This document shows, one piece after another, positions 31,251-40,859 of a stretch of 64,000 nucleotides of DNA. The stretch comes from Nitrospirota bacterium (GTDB taxonomy: Bacteria > Nitrospirota > UBA9217), in NCBI GenBank assembly GCA_963737155.1, contig CAVTRN010000002.1, forward strand, positions 1,024,001-1,088,000, in the 5' to 3' direction. Each line of letters begins with the position of its first letter. Position 1 is the first letter of the stretch. The notes beneath the pieces were generated by a model. That model was not told where the DNA came from, did no database searches, and saw only the letters and a program-made list of their open reading frames with translations. The position numbers and the translations under genes were made by a program.

Positions 31251-31598
31251 GAAAATTTCCTCCGTATTGAAGCTGCGGAATTATCCGTTTCCCAAGGGGA
31301 AAGCCTTCTCTCTTTTCGGAGTTATCGGATTTTCGCTGCTCCTTTTGCCAATCGTCAGACGTTTCATTTGACATCATCCCTGGGCTGACGGCCGGGGATG
31401 ATGTCATCCAGAAGAGAACTGAATAGTTTTATTTACCATGAACCCGTCCGATGCACAAGTGACCTTCCGCATTCAAGGTCTGAAATTATACAGCGTCGAG
31501 GGATATAGTCAAGTTTTATTTTGCAGTCGGACTTTGATTGTGCTATTCTAGCCGAATAATTACAACGACGTAGCAAGAGCGTTTGCCTTGCACCGGGA

Positions 31599-32270
31599 GT
31601 GGTTTCACTGATACAAATAAAAGGGGCAATGATGATGCAGAACCTGATTACCACCGTTCTCATCGATTTTGGCGGGGTCCTTGCCGAGGAAGGTTTCCTT
31701 GAGGGTCTGCGGACTCTCGGAGAGAAGAATGGGCTTGATCCCGATGAGTTTTTCAAAACTGCGGACTCCCTGATATACGAAACGGGGTACCTCACCGGAA
31801 AAGCTGATGAAGCCTTTTTTTGGAACGCCATTAGAAAAAGGACCGGAATCAGAGGTGCTGATCAGGATCTTCGTGCGGAAATCCTTGACCGGTTTGCTCT
31901 CAGGCCGGATATGCTGGATCTGGTGGATTCTCTCCGGGGCATGGGAAATATCGTGGCCATGCTAAGCGACCAGACGAACTGGCTTGAGGAAATTGACGGG
32001 TCAACGGCATTGTTCCAGCATTTCGACCGCGTATTCAATTCCTACAGAATGAAGAAAAGCAAACGTGATGCTTCATTGTTTAATGAGGTATGCGGTCTGC
32101 TCGGCGTTGAACCGCGACAGGTGCTTTTTGTCGATGATAACATGAATCACATCTTAAGAGCGCAGGGGCGGGGCCTTCGTACTATTCACTTTGTGAGCGT
32201 CGAGGATTTCAAGAATCAATTGAAGAATTATTTTCCCGGCTTGGGAGTTGTGAGAGATATTTTGGGGTAA
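31599..32270 (+). CDS. HAD-superfamily phosphatase
   Basis: IDFGGVL, LSD, K, LFVDD..NH motifs. Confidence 0.9.
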   Translation: MVSLIQIKGAMMMQNLITTVLIDFGGVLAEEGFLEGLRTLGEKNGLDPDEFFKTADSLIYETGYLTGKADEAFFWNAIRKRTGIRGADQDLRAEILDRFALRPDMLDLVDSLRGMGNIVAMLSDQTNWLEEIDGSTALFQHFDRVFNSYRMKKSKRDASLFNEVCGLLGVEPRQVLFVDDNMNHILRAQGRGLRTIHFVSVEDFKNQLKNYFPGLGVVRDILG

Positions 32271-32357
32271 TAAACCCTGCAGGAAATCTCCGGGATGTTG
32301 ACATCCTTCCCGGCCGGAAGACCGAGGTTTTACGGTATCAGATAATAAGGGGAATTT

Positions 32358-32957
32358 ATGAACGTAATTGCGTTTAACGGTAGCCCGAGGCGGGAAGGAA
32401 ACACCGACATTCTGCTCGCAGAAGCAGTTCGGGGAGTAAAGGAGCGTGGCGGATCAGCGACAGTTTATCAGCTCAGTTCCCTAAACCTCAAGGCCTGTAT
32501 GAATTGCGGCCACTGCGACGATACGGCCCGCTGCGTCATCAAGGACGACATGCAAGAGATTCATAAAAGCATCCGCAGCGCCGACAGGATCATTGTGGCT
32601 TCTCCGATATTTTTTTTCGGGGTAAGCGCGCAGACCAAGATCATGATCGATCGGTGCCAGACCTTTTGGGCTGAGAAGTATGTACATAAAAACCCGATTG
32701 CACCCGGACCTTTTGGAAGAAAGGGTTTGCTCCTGCTCGTCGGAGGGATGAAACGAAACGACAAAAATGTCGGGTTTGAATGCTCCGAGGCGAGTGTTCG
32801 CGCGTTTTTCAGGACGGTGAATATCCAGGAGCATGTGACTCTTGCTTTCGATAGCATTGATGAAAAGGGAGCGATTACCGGACATCCTACGGCCCTGAGC
32901 GATGCATATGAGGCAGGGAAGACGCTCGTGGGGAAAATTCCGGAAGGCAGCAGTTAG
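32358..32957 (+). CDS. Iron-sulfur flavoprotein / NADPH-dependent FMN reductase family
   Basis: GSPRREGNT, CX2CX2CX5C (CMNCGHCDDTARC), SPIFF..VSAQTK.MIDR. Confidence 0.9.
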   Translation: MNVIAFNGSPRREGNTDILLAEAVRGVKERGGSATVYQLSSLNLKACMNCGHCDDTARCVIKDDMQEIHKSIRSADRIIVASPIFFFGVSAQTKIMIDRCQTFWAEKYVHKNPIAPGPFGRKGLLLLVGGMKRNDKNVGFECSEASVRAFFRTVNIQEHVTLAFDSIDEKGAITGHPTALSDAYEAGKTLVGKIPEGSS

Positions 32958-32999
32958 AAGCAGGTATAATGGCAGGATAAGGGAATGTTGCCGGTGGCA

Positions 33000-33548
33000 T
33001 CAAAGCCCCAGTGCTTTTTTTGCCAGCTCTACCAGCCCGAAAACCTTCAGGTCGACCATTGTACCTTTCGTCTGTGAGTCCCTGAGATATTCATGGGCAT
33101 GCCCGATCGGCACCTCGATTACATCGATGATTTCGTTGTCGTCTCCACCGTTCTTCCCGACATGTTCGAGCTCGGTACACAGATAGGCGCGAAGCGCCTC
33201 GGTCGAGGCGCCGGTAGATATAGGACCTTCAGCGAGAAACGAGAGTTTGCCCGCTGTCCATCCTGTTTCTTCGACCAGCTCGCGAGCAGCAGCTGTTTCC
33301 ATTGTTTCTCCGGGCTCAACGAGCCCAGCCGGAAGTTCAACGACCTCGCGGCCGATGGGAGGACGAAACTGTTTTTCCAGAATGACGTTCCCGGCGGGTG
33401 TTATCGCAACCATAACGACAATTCCGCCGATGCCCAGGCGTTCAAGCGCCTCCCATGTCCGTACAACCCCCCGCGCATCACGGTAGGTGATCTCCACGGC
33501 GCTCATGAACTTTCCCTGCCAGACAACTTTTTTGCTTAAAATTTCCAT
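33000..33548 (-). CDS. NUDIX hydrolase (ADP-ribose pyrophosphatase-like)
   Basis: QFRPP, ELPAGLVEPGE...AAARELVEETG Nudix box. Confidence 0.92.
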   Translation of the reverse strand: MEILSKKVVWQGKFMSAVEITYRDARGVVRTWEALERLGIGGIVVMVAITPAGNVILEKQFRPPIGREVVELPAGLVEPGETMETAAARELVEETGWTAGKLSFLAEGPISTGASTEALRAYLCTELEHVGKNGGDDNEIIDVIEVPIGHAHEYLRDSQTKGTMVDLKVFGLVELAKKALGL

Positions 33549-33646
33549 AAGAGATGAGAGTTTAGGAGACAGCAGATGGTTAGCAGGGGACAGCAGAATA
33601 GTCTATCGGAGGTAATTTTATTTACCCTGCCTCCTCTGCTGCCTTC

Positions 33647-34261
33647 TCACAGCCACTTCTTTAAATCCAGCGTCAGCGCCGCGGGGATGATCGTATCCAC
33701 AGCGCGAAGACGCTTCCGCCCGGCTTTCCTAAACATGGCCCGCTGCATTTGCTTTTCCTCATCATAATGATCGTAGATGGGAAAATCCTCTTCAGGTATG
33801 TCCTTCTTGAAATAGCCGCAGCCTTCCAGCCGTACCGCGCGTCGGGGCCCGCGAATCGTAGGACCGAAGATCCTGCAAATGTGCGGCCGCTGGTCATAGA
33901 TCAGGCATGCGCCGTTTTCGTCGAGTGCCGGGCAAGCCATTTTTGCCGATCGTCGAGAAATCGCATCAATGGCAGGTAGGGATTTGAGCAGGGGATCTTT
34001 CCGCGAAAAGGCTTTTTTCTTCTCCAGGATGTCAAGCTGCGCATTCGCTTTCGCGATCACCCGCTTCCGGATGTCTGAGGGAACGTTTTTCAGTGTGGCC
34101 CGAAGGTGAATAGCGTCGAGCAGCGTAATGTCGAAGAAGCCGACGGAACAGCATTCGTTGCAACCCCGTTTGCAGCCAACGCCATATTTTTTCGTGGCCT
34201 CGCGGTATTTCTCGCTGGTTTTTTCAAGAAACTTTGCATATTTTTTTACTGTGCGATGCAT
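33647..34261 (-). CDS. YkgJ-family cysteine cluster protein
   Basis: CKRGCNECC ... CPAL...CLIYDQRPHICR. Confidence 0.88.
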   Translation of the reverse strand: MHRTVKKYAKFLEKTSEKYREATKKYGVGCKRGCNECCSVGFFDITLLDAIHLRATLKNVPSDIRKRVIAKANAQLDILEKKKAFSRKDPLLKSLPAIDAISRRSAKMACPALDENGACLIYDQRPHICRIFGPTIRGPRRAVRLEGCGYFKKDIPEEDFPIYDHYDEEKQMQRAMFRKAGRKRLRAVDTIIPAALTLDLKKWL

Positions 34262-34305
34262 GCGATTGACACCTTTCCTGGACAGGGAAAATGAAAACGT
34301 AGTGG

Positions 34306-34335
34306 ATTATACGTGTCTGACAGGCTGTTTGTCAA
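34306..34335 (-). promoter_or_regulatory. Sigma70 promoter for the YkgJ-NUDIX genes
   Basis: Reverse strand TTGACA-N18-TATAAT. Confidence 0.65.
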
Positions 34336-34503
34336 TAATTTGATGGAGGGATTGTAAACCGCGCATCACGTGTCGGAAGACGTTGAAAGGAGATCGCATT
34401 TCAACTGATAGGAGCAACGTGTCATGTTTGTAAAGCAGGAGACGCAATGGCATAACGTCTCAACAATTTAGTGGTATAGGCCTCTTCTTGCTAGCACCAG
34501 CAC

Positions 34504-34537
34504 AAAAGCCCGACTCATTGCTGCGGCTCGGGCTTTT
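34504..34537. terminator. Bidirectional Rho-independent terminator
   Basis: aaaagcccga-N14-tcgggctttt. Confidence 0.7.
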
Positions 34538-34578
34538 GGTGGTGCAGGCGGGGAATAACAATTTTAAAAACAATCAAA

Positions 34579-35184
34579 TCATTTGCCGTCAGGAGGTCCT
34601 CCCGGACCATTGCCCATTTGTCCATGTCCTGCGCCGGCTCTTTCACGGGCGCGGGCGATCATTTCCCGTATCTCATGTTGAAATTCCTGCTGGAAGAGCA
34701 CGTACCGCGCCTCTTGCTCGGTTGTAAGTATGTCCTTCAGGCCGTTCAGTTCCTTGTCTCTAATCTCATCCATAGCACGACGGCTTTTCACTAACCTGTC
34801 GAGGGATGCCTTCAGGCTCTGTTCATCGGGCTTCGAGGTTTTCAGTGTACGTCGTAATTCTCTCATGATCATCATCTGGTCTCGGGCTATGCCCATGCGT
34901 TGCTGATCCATCGAGCCGAGAAATGCTGCCAGTTTTGCACTGGTTGCCGCGTCGAGGTTCAATACTCCGGTCAGCCTCCAGATCCTGACCGCATCAATTT
35001 TTCTTCTGACTTCCTCGCGTTTTTCATCGGAAAGTGCGCCACCACGTGCGCCTGGATTGCCGTATCCCGCACTGTCGTCGAAAAAGCTTCCAGGAGGGGC
35101 CTGCTGAGCAAACGAGGTTGCTGCTGCACCAAGCATCAGGGCCGCTGCGGTCAAGAGCGCCTTGATTCTCAATTTTATCGTCAT
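34579..35184 (-). CDS. Spy/CpxP-like periplasmic protein
   Basis: Signal peptide, helical body, L.L...., ILTTEQEARY motif, Gly/Pro tail; third gene of the ECF operon. Confidence 0.75.
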   Translation of the reverse strand: MTIKLRIKALLTAAALMLGAAATSFAQQAPPGSFFDDSAGYGNPGARGGALSDEKREEVRRKIDAVRIWRLTGVLNLDAATSAKLAAFLGSMDQQRMGIARDQMMIMRELRRTLKTSKPDEQSLKASLDRLVKSRRAMDEIRDKELNGLKDILTTEQEARYVLFQQEFQHEIREMIARARERAGAGHGQMGNGPGGPPDGK

Positions 35185-35801
35185 TAGCCCTCCTCTTTCC
35201 ATTGCTTGATCTTGTTTTCAAGATGCTCTATTTCCTGTGCATTCAAATCGGAAAGCTCTTCGTTTATGTCAGCATCAAAAACACCGTCGGTCGGCGAATG
35301 CGCCAGTTCTTCGGACAATTGGGTGTTGGCCCAGGCTGCTGCAGTTTCCAGCTCCTCGGGATTGAGTGCTCCATCCATTGGGTTGCCAGCAGCCATGAGT
35401 TCATCAGAAAACTCAGATCGGTCCGAGAGGGCAGTGTCCTGCTCTTTCTTCTGCTGGCGGATGGGGAACCAGGCGAGGATCACCACAATGCCTATGGCTG
35501 CAGCGGCCGCAGCCAGACGATAGGTTGTGAGCAGACTCCATATCCGGGCGGGGTCGAAGGCCCGTTTTCGAGTCTTCTCTTCCTGAACAGCGTGGAAAAC
35601 GCGCCCCGGCATCGCGGCCCAGAATGCCTCTCCCGGATCGGGGACTCCGTCTTCTGACAACGCCCGAAGAAGGGCCACTTCCCCGCGGCAGTCCTCGCAC
35701 GAGTCAAGATGCTGTTCTATCCGAAGAAGCTCCTGCATCTCGAGAACCTGTTCCCGATAGGCGGGAAGGAGATCTTGTATGGTTTTGTCTTTACACGACA
35801 T
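35184..35801 (-). CDS. Zinc-binding (zf-HC2) transmembrane anti-sigma factor
   Basis: HLDSCEDC (HX3CX2C), one TM segment, downstream of an ECF sigma. Confidence 0.88.
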   Translation of the reverse strand: MSCKDKTIQDLLPAYREQVLEMQELLRIEQHLDSCEDCRGEVALLRALSEDGVPDPGEAFWAAMPGRVFHAVQEEKTRKRAFDPARIWSLLTTYRLAAAAAAIGIVVILAWFPIRQQKKEQDTALSDRSEFSDELMAAGNPMDGALNPEELETAAAWANTQLSEELAHSPTDGVFDADINEELSDLNAQEIEHLENKIKQWKEEG

Positions 35802-35879
35802 CGGCTTGACCTTTAACTATTTCTTCCTTGCTTAAGGAAATACCTACTTTTTTCGAATCCGCGCCAAAACAGCGATCCG

Positions 35880-36461
35880 TTACGTATCCTTCTCGGGACC
35901 ACCGTCTCCGTCTCCGGCCTGTTCCTTTCGCTCCTGGTCACCAATGATGGTCTTCAGCCTTTGAACTGCATGATGGTAATTCGCTTTGGCGGTTCCAACG
36001 GAGCATTTCATGATCGAAGCGATTTCCTCGAACTTTTTCCCTTCCTGCGTTCTCAGCATCAGCGTTATCCGCTGTTTCTGTGGAAGCTCCCCGAGGGCCT
36101 TTCGCAGAATTAGCCTGCTCTCGTTATGGATCAGCGTCTCAAGAGTGCGGGGGCTTCTCTTGATGACAACATCATCAATATTCACATACGCCACGCGAGC
36201 CCGATCGCGATACATGTTTTTCGCAAGGTTGATCGCAATCTGATAGAGCCAGGTCTTGAAGCTCGACCGTCGCTCAAAAGAACCCAGACCGGTAAAGGCC
36301 TTGACAAAGGTCTTTTGCAGGATGTCAGCGGCATCGTCATGGTTGCTCACCATACGATAGAGAAGGGAATAGAGCGGTTTTTGATACTTCAGGACCAGCT
36401 CATCGAATGCTTCCCGTTCACCTGCTTCGCTCCTGGCAATCAGATTTAGATCTTCATCCAT
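35880..36461 (-). CDS. ECF RNA polymerase sigma factor
   Basis: AFDELV..YQ, D..Q..F, SFKTWLYQIAIN, EIASIMKCSVGTAK; start set at ATG 36461. Confidence 0.92.
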   Translation of the reverse strand: MDEDLNLIARSEAGEREAFDELVLKYQKPLYSLLYRMVSNHDDAADILQKTFVKAFTGLGSFERRSSFKTWLYQIAINLAKNMYRDRARVAYVNIDDVVIKRSPRTLETLIHNESRLILRKALGELPQKQRITLMLRTQEGKKFEEIASIMKCSVGTAKANYHHAVQRLKTIIGDQERKEQAGDGDGGPEKDT

Positions 36462-36544
36462 AAATAGTGAGCTATATTTTATGACACGCGCCAGGGGAAA
36501 AGGTTGAATATTACCATGACGCCGTTGCGGCATGTACCGCCGCC

Positions 36545-36730
36545 ATTTCTTCTTTGTTTACGTCACGGTGGAGGCAGTCGCGGTTTCTACCGGACCTTTC
36601 GCATGGTACAAGGCGTCATCAGCCAAGATTACAAAGTCGGCAACGTTCTTTATGTCTTCAAGTAAGGAACCAATGCCGAGGCTTACCGTTGTCCGGAGTT
36701 TCCCCTTGGATAACGTTCCTGAAACCGCAG
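36545..36730 (-). pseudogene. GGDEF domain C-terminal remnant
   Basis: Reverse strand KLRTTVSLGIG...ADDALYHAK, then a frameshift to RSGRNRDC. Confidence 0.55.
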
Positions 36731-36915
36731 TATTTTATTTCCATATTAGGACGGCAGCCGAAAAGCGCCGCAGCTTCATGCGACGTAATACCATGGCGAT
36801 CAACGTAATTAAATTTCCTATGATCGTGGTGAAAGCAGGATTGACCGGGAACACGGAAACGCCCTGTTTTGCCGCTTGTACCGTACAGGATCAGACCAGG
36901 GATCAGGATATTATT

Positions 36916-37194
36916 TCAAATCTTCCTTCTCCTGTTTAGTTCTTCTTCAACGTATTTCCTATAGAGGACGTCCCACTCCCGGCTGCCTTCGGGAACCCGG
37001 CGCGACAGAGATTGAATTGTCCGCCGTGCGGCTGTGTCCGCTTCGTCTTCGAATTGAAGTTCCGCGGTGATGGTCCGCTTGATTTCGCGGAGCATCCGTT
37101 CCTCGGCCTGGAGCACGTCGACATTACGGTCCTGAACCAGCTTGTCCAGTATCAGGTGCGATAGGTGGGATATTCGGTCTTCGCTTAAGCGCAT
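36916..37194 (-). CDS. DUF507 family protein
   Basis: MRLSEDRISHLSH...EGSREWDVLYRKY. Confidence 0.8.
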   Translation of the reverse strand: MRLSEDRISHLSHLILDKLVQDRNVDVLQAEERMLREIKRTITAELQFEDEADTAARRTIQSLSRRVPEGSREWDVLYRKYVEEELNRRRKI

Positions 37195-37273
37195 GGTGAT
37201 TGATTCATTCCGTTTTAATCGTTTGTTATTCGGGCTTACTCGGGAGACCGCCCGGCATTTAAGGTTTGCGTAT

Positions 37274-37555
37274 TTAAAGTACGATACCCCGGTCCTTCGC
37301 GAGTTTCTGCTTGGTCATTTCGAACACCTTGCGATAGTCCATCTGACCTTGCGCAATCTCGGCTTCATGCGCCGCAAGCAGTTTTTCAACGTCCTTGTTG
37401 AGGTTGTCTTCCACAACCATGTCCGCAGTGATCACATCCGCAATCTTCGCGGAGATGGAATTTTTCGGCGTCTCGTAATCTGCCAGCCCCTTCTTCTCCA
37501 GGTTCGCTGCGATCGCGTCGGCGATATGTTTGATCATTTCCTTTGGAAGACGCAT
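37274..37555 (-). CDS. DUF507 family protein
   Basis: MRL....I..IA...DYRKVF...KQKLAKDRGIVL; tandem partner of the adjacent gene. Confidence 0.8.
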   Translation of the reverse strand: MRLPKEMIKHIADAIAANLEKKGLADYETPKNSISAKIADVITADMVVEDNLNKDVEKLLAAHEAEIAQGQMDYRKVFEMTKQKLAKDRGIVL

Positions 37556-37777
37556 CAGAAGACCTCGGTGGCATTATAACAGAAAAGGAGGAAAAAAGGA
37601 GGGAAAAAAGGAGGGGGAAAAGGGACCTCCCTGTGATTTGACGCAGATGCTTTCGTATCAAAATGCCAGGTGTCGTTGTCCGGCATTATGTTGAGGGATG
37701 GGCTTGAAATCGATAGGTCAAAGGTTCTGTTGTCAGAAGCAATGAAAGGGAGAAAATGTCTCTTTTGACCTGATTCC

Positions 37778-38707
37778 TTATATTTTCCCGACTGTCCCAC
37801 GCACTTTGCGTACATCCGCCCATATGTCCACGATACCCAAAGCAATGACAAAAACTATAGCAGGCAGCGCTAGGATGAGGAGGATGAGGAGGCCCCGAAC
37901 GAATGGCTTGACCCGTCCTTTTCTCAGATAGAAGTCCACGATGGCGGTTCCCTGGGCGAGATAAATGACAGCAAAAATGATCGATAGGTTCCAGCCAATA
38001 AGCCGGAATGTCTCGTTGGGCATAACAACGAGCGCCAGGCCGGCTATGAGGCCCCATACCCATTCATCAGGCGCGAACCATAATACAAAAGAAGGCTGAA
38101 CACCGGGCAGTGATCCCTGTTTTCGCACGATGGCGGCCCTTGCTATGCCGTAACAGCATGCTGCTTGAATGACTGACGTGGAGACGGCGATGCCCGGCAT
38201 GAGTTGAACAAGATAACGGATAAATTTATCGGGGATTGCGGTAACCATGGCTGCCATTTCTGTTAATCCCGCAGTAGTATATAATTTTGCTGCTTCGGCA
38301 ACGCTTGCACGCAAATAGGTATCCACGGTAGTAACGGGGTTTTTGCCGATCCTGATGAAATAGAAGGAAAGGATGGCCCCGATAACGACCACGGGAAGAA
38401 ATCCGCCGAGAAGAGCGATCTGCTCAGTTTTCAGATCTTTGCGCATGCCTTCGGCCACTCCGAAAGCCATAAGACCGAATCCGAACAGATAAATCGCCGC
38501 TGCCTGCCATCCCCCGAGCAGTAACGCTATCACGCTTGCTGCGGACAGGACTGTAAGGCCTTCCCGTCTGCCGTTCCGGGCCCATGCGATGATAACTGGC
38601 ACGGGCGTGAAAAGAACCAGCACCTGTCCGACAAAGGGAATAATAAAACCCGCCGCATAGAGCCCTACGGTCTGTATGGTCGCAAAAAATATTGCTCGGA
38701 AGTCCAC
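37778..38707 (-). CDS. YybS/DUF2232 membrane protein
   Basis: Multi-TM protein, YLAQG, LGIVDIWADVR; downstream of rpsR. Confidence 0.85.
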   Translation of the reverse strand: MDFRAIFFATIQTVGLYAAGFIIPFVGQVLVLFTPVPVIIAWARNGRREGLTVLSAASVIALLLGGWQAAAIYLFGFGLMAFGVAEGMRKDLKTEQIALLGGFLPVVVIGAILSFYFIRIGKNPVTTVDTYLRASVAEAAKLYTTAGLTEMAAMVTAIPDKFIRYLVQLMPGIAVSTSVIQAACCYGIARAAIVRKQGSLPGVQPSFVLWFAPDEWVWGLIAGLALVVMPNETFRLIGWNLSIIFAVIYLAQGTAIVDFYLRKGRVKPFVRGLLILLILALPAIVFVIALGIVDIWADVRKVRGTVGKI

Positions 38708-38859
38708 GATCTACTCCAAAAAGGGAAGGGGAAACCCGGGTCGCTTTGCATTGACCGATGAGTTTCCCCCTCGTATGCTAGATTATCATCCACGACGTAA
38801 ATCCTCGGCCTTCAAGCCGGGGAGAATGTGAAGTGGAAGAGCGCGCCGCCAGAGCCGGT

Positions 38860-39198
38860 CTATTTTTCACCGGCAAAGGGGACGAGCGCGATGTTTCTGC
38901 ACCGCTGTACCGCCACGGTGACTTCCCGCTGATGCCGGGCGCAATTGCCTGAGATGCGTCTCGGCAGGATTTTGCCACGTTCGGTAATGAAGAATCGTAG
39001 TGTTTTGACATCCTTGTAATCGATGAAGGGTGTTTTATCTACGCAGAAGCGGCAAACTTTCTTGCGGATCTGGAACCGCCTCCGTTTGTCGCCGCCTGCG
39101 CGAGGACCACGATCATCTCTGTCGCCCCTGCTTCGTGAATCAGGTCCTCTGTCCGATGATCTCGAAGGACCAGACGGCCTTGCTTTAAACTCTGCCAT
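38860..39198 (-). CDS. rpsR: 30S ribosomal protein S18 (Zn-binding form, Arg-rich N-extension)
   Basis: [33 protein letters not shown]. Confidence 0.97.
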   Translation of the reverse strand: MAEFKARPSGPSRSSDRGPDSRSRGDRDDRGPRAGGDKRRRFQIRKKVCRFCVDKTPFIDYKDVKTLRFFITERGKILPRRISGNCARHQREVTVAVQRCRNIALVPFAGEK

Positions 39199-39251
39199 AA
39201 TAGTTTACTCCTCTTGGAATTATTGGATATGCCCATGATGAGCGGTGCCCA

Positions 39252-39659
39252 TCAAAACGGGATTTCCCCCTCGTCCACCGGCGTCTCAGGAGCGAGTGTG
39301 GCATGGCCCTGTCCCTGACCGCCGCCTGACGGGCGTTTCGGCATAAAGTTGACGGACTGGGCAACGACTTCGAGCTTTGTCCGCTTCTGTCCCTCTTCGG
39401 TTTCCCAGCGCCGCTGCTGGAGCCTGCCGTCAATCAGGACGGAGTCACCCTTGTTGATGTACTGTCCGCAGGATTCGGCCTGCTTTCCGAAGACAACGAT
39501 GTCTATGTAGCTCACTTCTTCCTTAGTCTCGTCACCCTGTTTGTATTTGCGGTTGACGGCGATGGCAAAACTCGCCACCGCAATACCGTTTGGAGTGTAA
39601 CGGACTTCGGGATCGCGGGTGAGATTTCCCATCAGGATTACTTTATTAAAACTCGTCAT
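39252..39659 (-). CDS. ssb: Single-stranded DNA-binding protein
   Basis: NKVILMGNLTRDPEVRYT, C-terminal EIPF. Confidence 0.97.
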   Translation of the reverse strand: MTSFNKVILMGNLTRDPEVRYTPNGIAVASFAIAVNRKYKQGDETKEEVSYIDIVVFGKQAESCGQYINKGDSVLIDGRLQQRRWETEEGQKRTKLEVVAQSVNFMPKRPSGGGQGQGHATLAPETPVDEGEIPF

Positions 39660-39740
39660 GGTGAGACCTCATGTTCCCGATCGTGTCCTCGGCACCGGGT
39701 CGGTGGAGTTCTTTCGGGAGGTTGTCCCTTGTGGTTATCG

Positions 39741-40106
39741 TTACGCTTGAGCCTGACCAGCCTCTGCTGCCTTGTCGGCGTCTTTCTTCTTTGGTTTCGG
39801 AGCTGGCTTGGTGCGCAGTTCTTTCACCAGCTTAACGGTCAAGAATTTGATGACCGCATCGGTCATCTTATACGTACGCTCTAGTTCGATCACGGCCGCA
39901 GGCGCGGCATTGAATTGGAAATACGCATAGTGGCCGCGCTTCTGTTTTTTGATCTCGTAGGCCAGCTTTTTCTTGCCCCAATCCTCGAACTTTAGCATTT
40001 CGCCGCCCTGCTTCGTAACGACTTCCTGCATCTTCTTGATGATGCCGGCAGTCTCTTCGTCCGTGAGGTTGGCGTTGATGATGAAAATCGACTCATAAAT
40101 AGGCAT
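39741..40106 (-). CDS. rpsF: 30S ribosomal protein S6
   Basis: YESIFI, WGKKKLAYEIKK. Confidence 0.97.
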   Translation of the reverse strand: MPIYESIFIINANLTDEETAGIIKKMQEVVTKQGGEMLKFEDWGKKKLAYEIKKQKRGHYAYFQFNAAPAAVIELERTYKMTDAVIKFLTVKLVKELRTKPAPKPKKKDADKAAEAGQAQA

Positions 40107-40116
40107 GAATGTTTCT

Positions 40117-40163
40117 CTCCTTATGGGTTATAGCCCCCCGCATACTCGCGAGGGGCAAGGAGT
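40117..40163 (-). promoter_or_regulatory. S6:S18 ribosomal protein leader RNA
   Basis: mRNA actcctt-gcccct..ggggggc-tataaCCCat-aaggag: 5' CUCCUU pairs with the Shine-Dalgarno, with an inner hairpin and CC loop motif. Confidence 0.7.
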
Positions 40164-40340
40164 AATCCCGCTTTCGTGGCGCAACTTGCTTCTGCGGAAG
40201 GGGAATCGACCTTACTCTTTTTTGGAATTAGAACATTATCACAGACAGGCTGAGAAATCAAGCCTTTTCTCGGGTTTTTTGACTCTTCCTCGTTTTAACT
40301 TGCAATTGCCTGTAGCTTGCTACAGGGTCACCGCATAGAG

Positions 40341-40417
40341 GGAAGAGTTTGAGAAACCGCAGGTTTCTCAAAAGATAATCGTCTTCCTTTTTATAGATAC
40401 CCCGCAGCTTGCTGCGG
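40341..40417. repeat. Twin perfect hairpins resembling an IS200/IS605 or REP-like element end
   Basis: tttgagaaacc-gca-ggtttctcaaa (40348-40372) and ccgcagc-tt-gctgcgg (40402-40417). Confidence 0.45.
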
Positions 40418-40768
40418 TGCGGTTATTACACCCGTACTTCTGTGCGGTGAGCTTCAGTGTTCCGAAAGATTTTTACAGCAGATGTGGCTATCATCTCCGC
40501 TGCCTCTGTGAACAGAATCAGCAGTGGCTGCCAGCAGCAACGGTGCCCATCTCGGGAACCTACGGCGTTCAAGCTGGAGGATGCCAGCAGGGCGTAAAGA
40601 TTAGCCCGTCCAAGGTGAATTGCCCTGTCCGCAGAGCCAAATGGGCCGTAAAGGTGATATTCGACATTGCTATCCCCTTGCCCGAACAAGACTATGGAAA
40701 ACATTGGTTTTTTTTGCCAGCTTCTACCTTTTTCATCGAGGATTTCATGTTGCTGCCAGCATTTTTTA

Positions 40769-40797
40769 TTGACAAAGGACGCATACTGTTTTATTAT
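40769..40797 (+). promoter_or_regulatory. Sigma70 promoter of the aminotransferase-hom operon
   Basis: TTGACA-N17-TATTAT. Confidence 0.6.
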
Positions 40798-40859
40798 CAA
40801 ATTTACTTTTAAATTACACGGTTAGAAGAAGAAATCCTTTGAAAAGGAAAGGGTTAGAG

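Noticed and set aside
40426-40800. 124-aa minus-strand ORF upstream of rpsF
   Set aside because: No recognisable motifs, and it overlaps the divergent promoter
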